43,487 nt of DNA from Nemertoderma westbladi (Eukaryota; Animalia; Xenacoelomorpha). This document shows positions 22,615-32,221 of this stretch, in pieces; position 1 is the stretch's first letter; every line of letters begins with the position of its first letter. A program made the translations under genes and the position numbers. The stretch lies in contig JAUCBJ010000521.1 in NCBI GenBank assembly GCA_032718475.1, forward strand, positions 1 through 43,487, given 5' to 3'. The notes beneath the pieces were generated by a model that was given only the letters and a program-made list of their open reading frames with translations, did not search any database and was not told the DNA's origin.

Positions 22615-25600
22615 TCACCTCTTTGGGTAAGTTTGGTAGTTTGTCAATACAAGGCCGCTCCAATAGGGAAACTGTGGCTTTACTATGTGTCGCTACATTA
22701 CTAATGTCTGGTAGAACATTTTGTGACATGTCTGGTAAAATGTTTCGCGGAACATCCGGCGAAATATCTAGTGACATGTCTGGCAAAACGTCTGGTTGAC
22801 CGTCTAGTAACGCGTCTGGTTGTTTGTCATTAGAAGGCTGCTCCAATAGAGAAACTGCGGCTTTACTATTTGTCAATATGTTACTAGTGTCTGGTAGAAC
22901 ATTTTGTGACATGTCTGGTAAAATGTTTCGCGGAACATCCGGCGAAATATCTAGTGACATGTCTGGCAAAACGTCTGGTTGGCTGTCTAGTAACATGTCT
23001 GGTTGAGCGTCTGGCGATATGTCTGGTTGAGAAAGGCTCGCAAGTCTTCCTGCCCTAACTTTGTGAGTTATATTCTTCCATTTCGCCTTTGGTTTCTTCT
23101 TAAGTTTCGCCGTTGTCTTTTTCTTTGCTTTACCTTTCTTGGGTTTTTTAATTTCGGCGTCCTTAGGGATAGTATTAGACTTGTTATCGTAAAGTGGTGG
23201 CCAATGTTGTACTGATCTTTGCAAGAATTGTGGTCCGTGTTGCCAAAATTTCTTGTTTTCCGGTTTACAGAATTCCTCAGGCATCATTCCTCGTGACGCA
23301 ATATCAGCTGGATTTTGTGGTCCGGGACAATGTCGCCAATCTTCCTTTATTGAACGGTCTAGAATTTCTGCACGACGGTTAGCTACGAATGTCTTGAATT
23401 CAAGTGTATCGTTGTTTATGTAAAATAAAACCAACGTCGCGTCAGTCCAATAAAATATCTGTAAACTTGACTGTAATTCCGTCTGTATAAGGTTCACGAT
23501 TGTGGTTGACAGGGTTGCGGCTTGTAGCTCAGCGCGTGGTGTCGTCATATACTTAGTAGGCATGGTCTTAGCCTTAGAAGTAATGAGCGAAACATCAAAC
23601 TCGTCTGAGTCTACTTGTCTGCGCAAATACGCTGCCACACCAAAGCCGTTGTCACTGGCGTCTGAAAAACAATGTAATTCTAAGTTGTCAGGAAATGTCG
23701 TCTGTAATGGAAAGTACACCCGGGGTATGGAATAATCCTCTAGCGAAGATAATTGTGCCTCCCAAGTCTTCCATAAGTCCACTTGTTCGGATGAGATCGG
23801 TTCGTCCCATGTCAGTCCATCTTTCCAAATACTGCGCATGTAAATTCGTGCTTGCAGTATTATTGGGCTGATGAAACCTAATGGATCGAACAGTCTACTT
23901 AGTTTCGACAAGCAAGACCTCTTTGTCAGAGAATCCCCTTCAGCGTCCAGTTTTACTTTCACTCGAAAGTTGTCTGTGTTCGGGTCCCAAAATAGTCCCA
24001 ACACCTTGGTCGTCGGCAGTGGTTCGAACTCTAAGTCAATATCACCACTCCCACGTTCAGTCGTTCCGAATGAATCTACCAATTCGGCACTGTTTGAGGC
24101 GAACTTGGTGAGGTTAAAACCTCCGCCTGCTAAACAGTCCCGTAATTGATGTGCTACGGTGATAGCACGTTCTACTGTATCACAACTTTGTAACCCATCG
24201 TCTACGTAAAAGTCTCGTTCTACGATCTCGATTATCTCTGGGTCATATATATGTTTCTGATCCCTAGCGGTCTGTTTTAGGGCGTACATAGTGCAGTTTG
24301 GGCTGTCCCTGGCACCGAAAACGCGAACTTGCATTTGGTAAGTCGCCGGTGGCTGACTTAAGTCTCCATCCGGGTACCAGAGGAACCTCAAACTGTCTCT
24401 GTCTCGCTCTAACGCTCGCACTTGGTGAAACATCGCTTCTACGTCACAAGTAAATGCTACTTGGCGCTGACGGAAGCGCATAATCACCCCCATGAGATAA
24501 TTATTCATGTTTGGTCCATCCATCAACTCACTGTTGAGAGACATTCCTTCAAACAGGGCCGCGCAGTCGTTAACTACGCGTACTTTATCAGGTTTGTCGG
24601 GGTGTCTCACATAGTGATGTGGCAAGTAGTATGTCTGGTCTGTCACAATCTCTGGGTTAGTCATCCTGATAGCGTACCCTTTTGTCAAATACGTCTCCAT
24701 CTGAGTATTGTACTGCAGATGGGCTTTCTCGTTCTTTAATAGACGTTGTCGTATTGAGTGTAGACGTCTTAAGGCTAGCGGATAATTATTGATAAGTTTA
24801 GGGCTTTGGCTACGCCATAGCATCCCTACCTCATAATGTCCGTCTTTCGTCTGGCGGATAGTATCTTCCATGATCTTCAAAGATTGTTTCTCTTGTTCCG
24901 ACATACACGGTTCATAACTACCGGGTTCTGCTGTATCTTGTTCTAACCACCTGATAGTTTTCTCTGTTAACTCTTTGTCCAGTGCAGCTTGTTCCACTTG
25001 ATGGTTTCTTAACGCGTCATCATCGACGGGCGTTGTTGAAGTTATTGGTGTAGATAGACTCGCAAGCCTTCCGGCGTTATCATCTGTCGTCGATGGAACC
25101 TCTGCCTGACTCGTCTTCTTCTCATGCTCTATACTAACCGTGTGGATTGGCTGCTCTTTGTGACTTATCATATTTGCTACACACGTCGTACTCGTAAAGT
25201 TGTCGTGTTTCGTCGAACGTAGTGTAGTGTAGTCTATGTCAGGTGAAAAGGAATGAATCGAAGTTGTAGTTAGTAAACTACATGTACTTTGTACATCGTC
25301 TTCCTCATCACTTATATCCAGTGTGCGCACAGGCGCTCGAGTATACCACCCTATCGGAGTTCTACAGGCGTAAGCGTTTCCCGCTACAACTACCGATGGT
25401 CTGGTTTCCCACACTTGATGTAGGTTGAATTGGTCCGTCCCGATCAGCATTGCTACTGACCTATAGTTGACAGGACATTCAGGTACACCGAGGTGTCTGA
25501 AATACTTACGGTCTTCTAAAGATTGCTCTGGGACTGGACCTAGTAGGTTACTAAAGTCCTTTGTGGCCGCAAAAGTCAAATCCTTAAAAGGTAACAAAGA

Positions 25601-28600
25601 CCTCTCCTTCTCGCTATGTTGCGATTTTGGAAGAAGAGTGTCCAAGTTTAACTTAACTCGTGTCACTGGTATTGCACGTTGTCCATGCATACTACTTACG
25701 GTGTAACTGACATTCTTACCTTGTCGGAGATCCGTCACAACATCAGCTACCTTCTCATCCACATAGCTGTGAGATGAGGCTGAATCCAAGATAGCGTAGA
25801 TCCGTTTGCTCCCCTTTGTGCCCGTAATCTTGACAGGAATTATACTAAACCCCTTTAGTTGATCAGGCGTCAGAAGCGCAATCGATGGTTGTTCGTCTCC
25901 AGTATCTAAGTAAACGTCGTCGTCTTCCGACTCTTTATCCGACGATCCTGATTGTTCCGAGAAGCAATCTCTAATGTGCGTCACGAATGTCGGTGTTGTT
26001 TTCGACTCTCTACCTTTATATGCTGTGTTGCATCTTGCTGCCGCTTCTGGGTGTTCCCTGGTGAAGCGTTTGGTCGGCGTATGGCTGTCTGTATGGAGCA
26101 AGCCGTCGTGGTTGCGTCCACAGTAAGGACAGGTGTCAGTATTTGGGCAGTCCTTACGGACGTGTCCATGTAGCGTACACCGCCAACAAGAATCCAAAGG
26201 CCGTATTTGCAGTCGTCGTTCCTCCGAGTTCAATTCGCGGAATAGTCGACATCCCTTTAAGTTGTGGCTAGTATGTCGCTTACCAATTCGTTCGCAATAT
26301 TGGCAACCGCTGAAGTCTGTGCTCAGTTGCTGTTGGGTCTGTTTGGTTCCAATGGGTGCGGATACCTTATTACCGTCCGAAAATTGTCGGGTGTCGGTCG
26401 ATGTTGCGTAGGTAACCGTCTTTGTAGATGTCGTTGATGGTTTCTGTCTGTTTGATGAAGGTAGTGTGATTCCTTCCGCCACAATATGTTGGTCCGTGTA
26501 GTTCGAACGCGTCTCGACTACTGCCTCTCTGGATATCAGTAAGTAGACGTCTTCCAACTTCAAGAATCCGCCTCTCTCTTCTCGCTGATATTCTATCTTT
26601 CGCCACTCCCGACGAAGTCGATGGTGCAATCTTCCTATTATTTTCAATAGGACTGTCGGAGTGTTCGCGTAGTCAAGTTGTCCAATCGAACGTAGTGTAG
26701 TAATGGCGTTCTTAATCTCGTCAGCTAATTTCAGTAAGTCAACGGGTTTTGTAATAGCCCCTCCCTTACAGAGTTCTTCTATCACTGACTTAGCCATACT
26801 TACGGTGCCTCCGTAAATCGATGTTAAGCGATCGTACGCTAATTCGAAGGCATCTGGTACACCAACAAAAGTCTCCGCTAGACGTTTCGGTTCTCCCGAT
26901 AATGTTTGGAGCAGGTAGTTGAATTTCTCTCTCGATGTAAAAGCACACACAGCGATCTGAGATTCGATGTAGTCTACAAAGGTGTGCCAATGTTTAGAGT
27001 TCCCGGAAAACTTAGGTGGTTGTTGCACCGGTAGTCCTTGTCTAGCTGCGAATTTCGCTATTTCTTCTGCAACGTTCAAAGTTTCGCGTCCTTGGTTGGT
27101 GATCTGGTTGGTGTTCTCTCTTCTAGGCGCTTTTCTTTGATACGATGTGTTGGTCGATGGTATTTGTCTTTGCGGAACTTTTGGATTTCTATTGTGCTCG
27201 AATTCGGAATTTCTCGAACTGTCAGTGTGAACTTCCTCCAAGCGTTCCTCTATCTGGGCCAACTTGTTGACAACTGGCCTCAGAATGTCGGCAAATTGTT
27301 GAGTACTGATTGCGTCCGTTGGTTGTAACGCCTTTTGTGTTGGTGTATTCTGTGGAGGATTGTCAATAAATGAATTATCCGAACGCTCACGTTTACATTC
27401 GTCGGCCGCTCCTGTTCTAAATACCTCGCGTTCCGGGTAATCCGACTCGCTTGAAGTACTACTGTCGCCTGGATACGGTGGACGACGTGCTCGTGTCCGT
27501 TGCGTCGTTCGAATTCTAACATTCCGTTTCGGAACATCGTCTACTGGTCTCCGTTGTTCGGTAGGCTCGCGGGTCTTCCTCGAAGTCGTAGATTGCGATG
27601 TAAACTGGTTAAACGGTCGCGTATCCACTGGTCTCCGTTGTTCGGTAGGCTCGCAGGTCTTCCTCGAAGTCGTAGATTGCGATGTAAACTGATTAAACGG
27701 TCGCGTATCCACTGGTCTCCGTTGTTCGGTAGGCTCGCAGGTCTTCCTCGAAGTCGTAGATTGCGATGTAAACTGGTTAAACGGTGGTCGAGTGACAGCG
27801 TTTGAATCTAAAGGCCTTGTAGGCCTAAACGTCATTGGGTATGTGTAGTGCGTAACGGGTTTTGGTGTCGAAGGTGGACTCACCTGTTTTGTTGTTATCA
27901 GTGCAGGTCCGGTCAATAAACTACTACAATCTGTAATCGGTGGGTTACTTACCTTGACTTTCAGAATAGGCGACGACATTGCTCTTGGCGGTACGAACTT
28001 GTCCGGAATAATAAACCTGTGTTCCGTCGCACCATGGATAGGAGAAATATTACTACTACCCGCAATCGAAACAGGTTCCTTAGTCGTAACTGGTGCAAAC
28101 ATAGGAGTTACTTGAGGGAATCTTTGACATAAGTCTTTAACTAGTTGTCTTTCTCGCCCAGGTGCCCCTACACTTCCTTCCTTCATTCGTTCCTGAATTT
28201 GGCGGTGCCTTACCTCTATCTGGTCCAAATCATGTCCGTCGTTAGATCTCATCGATCGATCGCGGGCTAGAAGATCCAGATTTTCCTTGGCTTCGGCTAG
28301 TTCTCTCGCCTTCCTTTCGAGTTCGAAATGAAGTTTAACTTCCTTCTCGCGTTGTTCCGTCTGTTGTTGTTGCGCCTCGAACTCCGCTTGTCGTATAGCT
28401 GATTGAGCCTTTATTTGCCGTTTTTTCAACTCGGCTCGTGCTTCCGAAGCTCGCCTTTGTTCGTCTAATGCTGCCGCTGCCGCTTGTCGTTCCAACTCAA
28501 CTGCTGCCGCTTGTCGTTCTAACTCAGCCGCTGCCGCTAACGCTGCCGCTGCCGCTTGTCGTTCCAACTCAGCTGCTGCCGCTTGTCGTTCCAACTCGGC

Positions 28601-29644
28601 TGCTGCCGCTCGTTGCGCTAACTCAGCTGCCGCTGTTCTTTGTGCTATTTCTAGCTCCAACCTTTCCATCTCAGCCGCTTCCAACTCGGCTTGTTCTTGC
28701 AGATGAGAGATTCTCGCAACATTTGCAACGCGTAGCTTCTCTTCCTCTACAGCTGCTTGTACAGTTAACAATTGAGTTTGTTCTTCCATTTCTCGTTGTT
28801 GTCTGTGGTACAGTTGTTGCTGTCTAGAAATTTCTGACGTCACTATACTTACCTCGCCAATTTCGCTGCGAATACTCACTAACGATTGGTCCAGTATTTC
28901 CGGTGCCGATTCGATTTGTACGGGTAAAGTTCCCCTCGTATATTCCGGCACGGTTTCCAAATCGCCGACGTCTTCGCCGCACATACGTAAGTGATCCGTC
29001 AGATGTTTCAGTTGTCCATCCAGTCGGTACAGTTCCTGTTCTTCCTCGGGCTGTAATAACTCGTCGGAAACCGACTCACCTAGCAACTGGTCCGCTTGTT
29101 CCTGTTGTATCTGTCTAACGGTCGTCTTAAACTGAATCAGTTTCTCTCTAGCGATCATTAGTTTCTCGAGGATTCTAAACTGTGTGTCCATATCCTGTCT
29201 CTGTCTAGCTAGATCTTGTAGACCTATTAGATTATCTACGGACTTATGTACTCTATTCTGTACTCTCACCTGTAGAGTGTAGAACTCGAATCGAGACATC
29301 GGAGCGGTCAACTCGTCTAATATGCGTTGGCCTTCTCCAATACTCCTAGTAATATGCGCCATGTAACCTCCGACGCTTCTAACCACACTTTCTGTGCTTC
29401 CTACTGAACTTATCATGTCCGTTTCCCTATATCTAGGTTGCGGGACCGTTAGAAAATCCTCGGTCCTGCCGTCGCCTCGTACTACGGCATCCGGTACTCC
29501 CGTTGGATGTACTGGTGACGCGCACGGTGTAGGTTCGGTAGGCTCACGAGTCTTCCCCTGTGGTTCTTCCGCTTCTGACTTATCCGCGTCACATGAGTCA
29601 TAGTCGGTTTGTGTATTCTTCGTATAGTCTTGTTTGTCACTCAT
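22604..29644 (-). CDS. gag-pol: BEL/Pao Gag-PR-RT-RNase H polyprotein, truncated by the insertion
   Basis: Gag PKFSGNSKHWHTF...EKFNYLLQTLSGEP; three Cys/His clusters; protease AILDSASSHSYV; RT YLPHHYV, KVRVVNDC, DVEAMFHQV, FGARDSP, FYVDD; RNase H LHCFSDAS, PRAELQAA, WTDA, NPADIASRG. Confidence 0.95.
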   Translation of the reverse strand: MSDKQDYTKNTQTDYDSCDADKSEAEEPQGKTREPTEPTPCASPVHPTGVPDAVVRGDGRTEDFLTVPQPRYRETDMISSVGSTESVVRSVGGYMAHITRSIGEGQRILDELTAPMSRFEFYTLQVRVQNRVHKSVDNLIGLQDLARQRQDMDTQFRILEKLMIAREKLIQFKTTVRQIQQEQADQLLGESVSDELLQPEEEQELYRLDGQLKHLTDHLRMCGEDVGDLETVPEYTRGTLPVQIESAPEILDQSLVSIRSEIGEVSIVTSEISRQQQLYHRQQREMEEQTQLLTVQAAVEEEKLRVANVARISHLQEQAELEAAEMERLELEIAQRTAAAELAQRAAAAELERQAAAAELERQAAAAALAAAAELERQAAAVELERQAAAAALDEQRRASEARAELKKRQIKAQSAIRQAEFEAQQQQTEQREKEVKLHFELERKARELAEAKENLDLLARDRSMRSNDGHDLDQIEVRHRQIQERMKEGSVGAPGRERQLVKDLCQRFPQVTPMFAPVTTKEPVSIAGSSNISPIHGATEHRFIIPDKFVPPRAMSSPILKVKVSNPPITDCSSLLTGPALITTKQVSPPSTPKPVTHYTYPMTFRPTRPLDSNAVTRPPFNQFTSQSTTSRKTCEPTEQRRPVDTRPFNQFTSQSTTSRKTCEPTEQRRPVDTRPFNQFTSQSTTSRKTREPTEQRRPVDDVPKRNVRIRTTQRTRARRPPYPGDSSTSSESDYPEREVFRTGAADECKRERSDNSFIDNPPQNTPTQKALQPTDAISTQQFADILRPVVNKLAQIEERLEEVHTDSSRNSEFEHNRNPKVPQRQIPSTNTSYQRKAPRRENTNQITNQGRETLNVAEEIAKFAARQGLPVQQPPKFSGNSKHWHTFVDYIESQIAVCAFTSREKFNYLLQTLSGEPKRLAETFVGVPDAFELAYDRLTSIYGGTVSMAKSVIEELCKGGAITKPVDLLKLADEIKNAITTLRSIGQLDYANTPTVLLKIIGRLHHRLRREWRKIEYQREERGGFLKLEDVYLLISREAVVETRSNYTDQHIVAEGITLPSSNRQKPSTTSTKTVTYATSTDTRQFSDGNKVSAPIGTKQTQQQLSTDFSGCQYCERIGKRHTSHNLKGCRLFRELNSEERRLQIRPLDSCWRCTLHGHVRKDCPNTDTCPYCGRNHDGLLHTDSHTPTKRFTREHPEAAARCNTAYKGRESKTTPTFVTHIRDCFSEQSGSSDKESEDDDVYLDTGDEQPSIALLTPDQLKGFSIIPVKITGTKGSKRIYAILDSASSHSYVDEKVADVVTDLRQGKNVSYTVSSMHGQRAIPVTRVKLNLDTLLPKSQHSEKERSLLPFKDLTFAATKDFSNLLGPVPEQSLEDRKYFRHLGVPECPVNYRSVAMLIGTDQFNLHQVWETRPSVVVAGNAYACRTPIGWYTRAPVRTLDISDEEDDVQSTCSLLTTTSIHSFSPDIDYTTLRSTKHDNFTSTTCVANMISHKEQPIHTVSIEHEKKTSQAEVPSTTDDNAGRLASLSTPITSTTPVDDDALRNHQVEQAALDKELTEKTIRWLEQDTAEPGSYEPCMSEQEKQSLKIMEDTIRQTKDGHYEVGMLWRSQSPKLINNYPLALRRLHSIRQRLLKNEKAHLQYNTQMETYLTKGYAIRMTNPEIVTDQTYYLPHHYVRHPDKPDKVRVVNDCAALFEGMSLNSELMDGPNMNNYLMGVIMRFRQRQVAFTCDVEAMFHQVRALERDRDSLRFLWYPDGDLSQPPATYQMQVRVFGARDSPNCTMYALKQTARDQKHIYDPEIIEIVERDFYVDDGLQSCDTVERAITVAHQLRDCLAGGGFNLTKFASNSAELVDSFGTTERGSGDIDLEFEPLPTTKVLGLFWDPNTDNFRVKVKLDAEGDSLTKRSCLSKLSRLFDPLGFISPIILQARIYMRSIWKDGLTWDEPISSEQVDLWKTWEAQLSSLEDYSIPRVYFPLQTTFPDNLELHCFSDASDNGFGVAAYLRRQVDSDEFDVSLITSKAKTMPTKYMTTPRAELQAATLSTTIVNLIQTELQSSLQIFYWTDATLVLFYINNDTLEFKTFVANRRAEILDRSIKEDWRHCPGPQNPADIASRGMMPEEFCKPENKKFWQHGPQFLQRSVQHWPPLYDNKSNTIPKDAEIKKPKKGKAKKKTTAKLKKKPKAKWKNITHKVRAGRLASLSQPDISPDAQPDMLLDSQPDVLPDMSLDISPDVPRNILPDMSQNVLPDTSNILTNSKAAVSLLEQPSNDKQPDALLDGQPDVLPDMSLDISPDVPRNILPDMSQNVLPDISNVATHSKATVSLLERPCIDKLPNLPKEVRSL
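22640..23005. repeat. 183-bp (61-aa) in-frame duplication in the RNase H-integrase linker
   Basis: QPDxLLDxQPDVLPDMSLDISPDVPRNILPDMSQNVLPD occurs twice; offset 22731 to 22914. Confidence 0.85.
27543..27785. repeat. 84-bp (28-aa) tandem repeat x3 in gag
   Basis: PFNQFTSQSTTSRKTxEPTEQRRPVD three times. Confidence 0.9.
28468..28636. repeat. About 30-bp AAAAELERQ repeats in the gag coiled-coil region
   Basis: Seen in DNA and translation. Confidence 0.8.
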
Positions 29645-29687
29645 TTCGGTAGTTGCAAGTCAAGTAAAGTGAGTGTCAAAGTATCAA

Positions 29688-29695
29688 ACTTACCG
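29688..29695 (-). promoter_or_regulatory. Putative 5' splice donor upstream of gag
   Basis: Minus strand CG|GTAAGT about 50 nt before the gag ATG (29644). Confidence 0.55.
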
Positions 29696-29729
29696 TATTT
29701 ATATAAAAACGGTATTAATTACAGTCATA

Positions 29730-29860
29730 TAAAATTAGCCTACTGGCCGATTTTATAGCAAATGGATAAAATTAGCCTAAACGGCCAATTTTACAGCAAA
29801 TAAATGTCACGGATTAAGTATATAATAAAATTAGCCTACCGGCCAATTTTACAACAAATA
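29730..29860 (-). repeat. Three related hairpin repeats in the 5' leader
   Basis: Sense AAAATTGGCC-loop-GGCTAATTTT-like units x3. Confidence 0.7.
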
Positions 29861-30439
29861 AATCAGATAACGATATACGTTATCAAAAGGTAGATTAAAT
29901 ACAATAATACGGACTAATTCAGCAATAAACAAAGAAATCGTACGGAATGCATAAATACTTGAGACAGTGGAACCCACAATAATTTTAACTAATACGGTAA
30001 TGCCTAACTTATTTATGCAACTTTTCGAACTCACCCCCTCCAATGATTCTCCAGAAAAACAGATTCCCAGATACAAACCGGACGTGAACCTTTCCGTTTC
30101 CAGCGTTGCGGACGAAGTGCGATTTTCCCAACCAAAATTGTTGAGTTATCTATCTCCCAAACTTGCTAAACACGGTCTTGCTCTCGTTACAGTCTAGAAA
30201 TGAGCTCTGAATACTGAAAAACAAAAGAGTTAGGTTTTACTTTTACGAAAATTTTGTACCGGTACAATATGGTATTTAAACCCTTTTAAACACCGGTATT
30301 CAATTCCAAAATTTTTACACGCGTTTCAAATCAAAATTTTGTTTCAAAATATCAGCACTTAGCTAATCAAATATAAATTTTTACCTCAAAATACAAAATT
30401 TTCAAATAATTTTGTTCTACTGAACCGTAGTTCAGAAGA

Positions 30440-30452
30440 TTCATATTCCTAC
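30440..30452 (-). other. Non-tRNA primer-binding site candidate (GTAGGAATATGAA)
   Basis: Abuts the 5' LTR end, lacks TGG, and is the exact reverse complement of LTR 31494-31482 (13345-13333 in the 3' LTR). Confidence 0.65.
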
Positions 30453-31919
30453 TATTCGAAGAGACAGTAACAAATACACGAATCCTGCAATATCATACTA
30501 TAGAGTCTGTGAATCAAAGCATAAATCCGACCTTCTCACCAAAACAGTAAACTCTAAGTAGGCAAACCTATTGCAGTATCGGTCTCTTATAACCGGTGAG
30601 GCAGAAAACAGTCTACGAACGGACAAACTTCGATAAAACAAAATCCCGCGCAGCGAATCCTAAAATCGGGCTGACTCACTGACGGACTAAAGGCGCTCGT
30701 ACACTTTGCCGCGGTGTGATTTATATGATGAAAAAGCGCTAGCTACAAATATAACCAGCGGGAAAATCAGCAGTGCGAACAAATTATTTCATATATTTTG
30801 AGGTGTAAATAATTCCTAAACGCGCGTGTGTTTTTAATTCATAGGTCAAAATTGATTTTTATCCTTCATATACTCTCATTTACTGGGTCCGGCGTTTATT
30901 TTACAAATATTCTAATATTTTGGTAACTTGTAGGTCCAATACTTACAAATGACAAGGCTCCTTCCCCCTTTGGTGTATTTCCAGGACTCAAATTCAGGCA
31001 TAGGGTTAATACTACGCCCAGAATTCGGCAATTTTATCTACCAGGTCCCTAATACTAAGAAGAAATGTGTTAGTTTACTACTGTAGGCGTACGGTTACAA
31101 ATAGCTATCCTGGCTCTTATCTGGAATTTTAGTCACCTAGGTAGGCTGGGTAACTTCCTATCAGGACGTTGGCGGGGACACGGTAGGTGTTAGTATCCCT
31201 AATAGCCTTAATTTATTTTCGCCTAGCAATAAACTGCCCTACCGCCTGAACGGTATAATCTCAATTCAGAGAAAACACAGCAATCCTCTCCTGGCCTACA
31301 AGTTCCAACGCAAGCAATAAACACCGTGTACTGCCGACAAGCCACCAACGCACCTATACCTGACAATGAGTTAGGCGTACAGTTTTGCTGCACCCTACCA
31401 ATGTACATGCCGGGTAATGGTGTGCCTGTGTCCTATCTGCGTACGGGTATCTCTGTCTAACTTTCCTTTTCTCCTTCCCCCGTAGGAATATGAAGGGGTT
31501 CTGCTGGTCTTCCAAGAATTGGGACAATACAGTTCTTAATTTAAATTTTTGGCGTACAGTGTGTCGCTACTCCTACCGTCGATCTTAGGTCTTACACTTA
31601 GGTAGCGAAGCATCGAACACTGTCTAACCTTCAGGCGATGGGCGAATAACTCGAATAGATATTGTGGGCGGTCTCCTGTTCACATTCCCCGATGTTCCCG
31701 TTCACTGCTGCGGCCCGATGTCTAGCCGGCCATCCTGTTCTTTAGGGGCGTTCACCGTGGTGAAGCATAATAAAACAGATAGGAAAGGGCAGATATAACA
31801 AGTATTTATAATATACATATTCTATATACATAAACGTAACAAGAAACTAATAGATAACTAATCATAGATAGAAGAAGAATAGTATTGGATTGATTGATAA
31901 CTAATGAACGAAATCGCAC

Positions 31920-31928
31920 CTTATATAG
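31920..31928 (-). promoter_or_regulatory. Candidate TATA box of the LTR promoter (CTATATAAG; 13774-13782 in the 3' LTR)
   Basis: Consensus-like TATA followed about 20-30 nt later by Inr-like TCATT/TTAGTT/TCAATC. Confidence 0.45.
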
Positions 31929-32146
31929 CAAATTTGTGCTGCAATCAATCGAGAAAATTCTCGATTGTTCTATAAGTTCTAATGGGTTTTTAAAGATAAC
32001 TATTGGTCCAGCGAATATATAACTTGCACGACATTGGTTACAATCTAATAACTACAGTCCCATTGGTTAATCTAGGTACAGACAAATGCAATTTAATTTG
32101 TAGCGGTCAATTTAAATGAGTTGAAATTCTGTACAAAAAATAATTC

Positions 32147-32221
32147 GCACCTACAAGGATTCGAACTCAATACCTACTACATATATAATTTCCAACACTC
32201 TACCGACTGAGCTACTGAACC
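32147..32221 (-). promoter_or_regulatory. tRNA-derived A-box/B-box module in 5' LTR
   Basis: Copy of 14001-14075 with one substitution. Confidence 0.65.
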
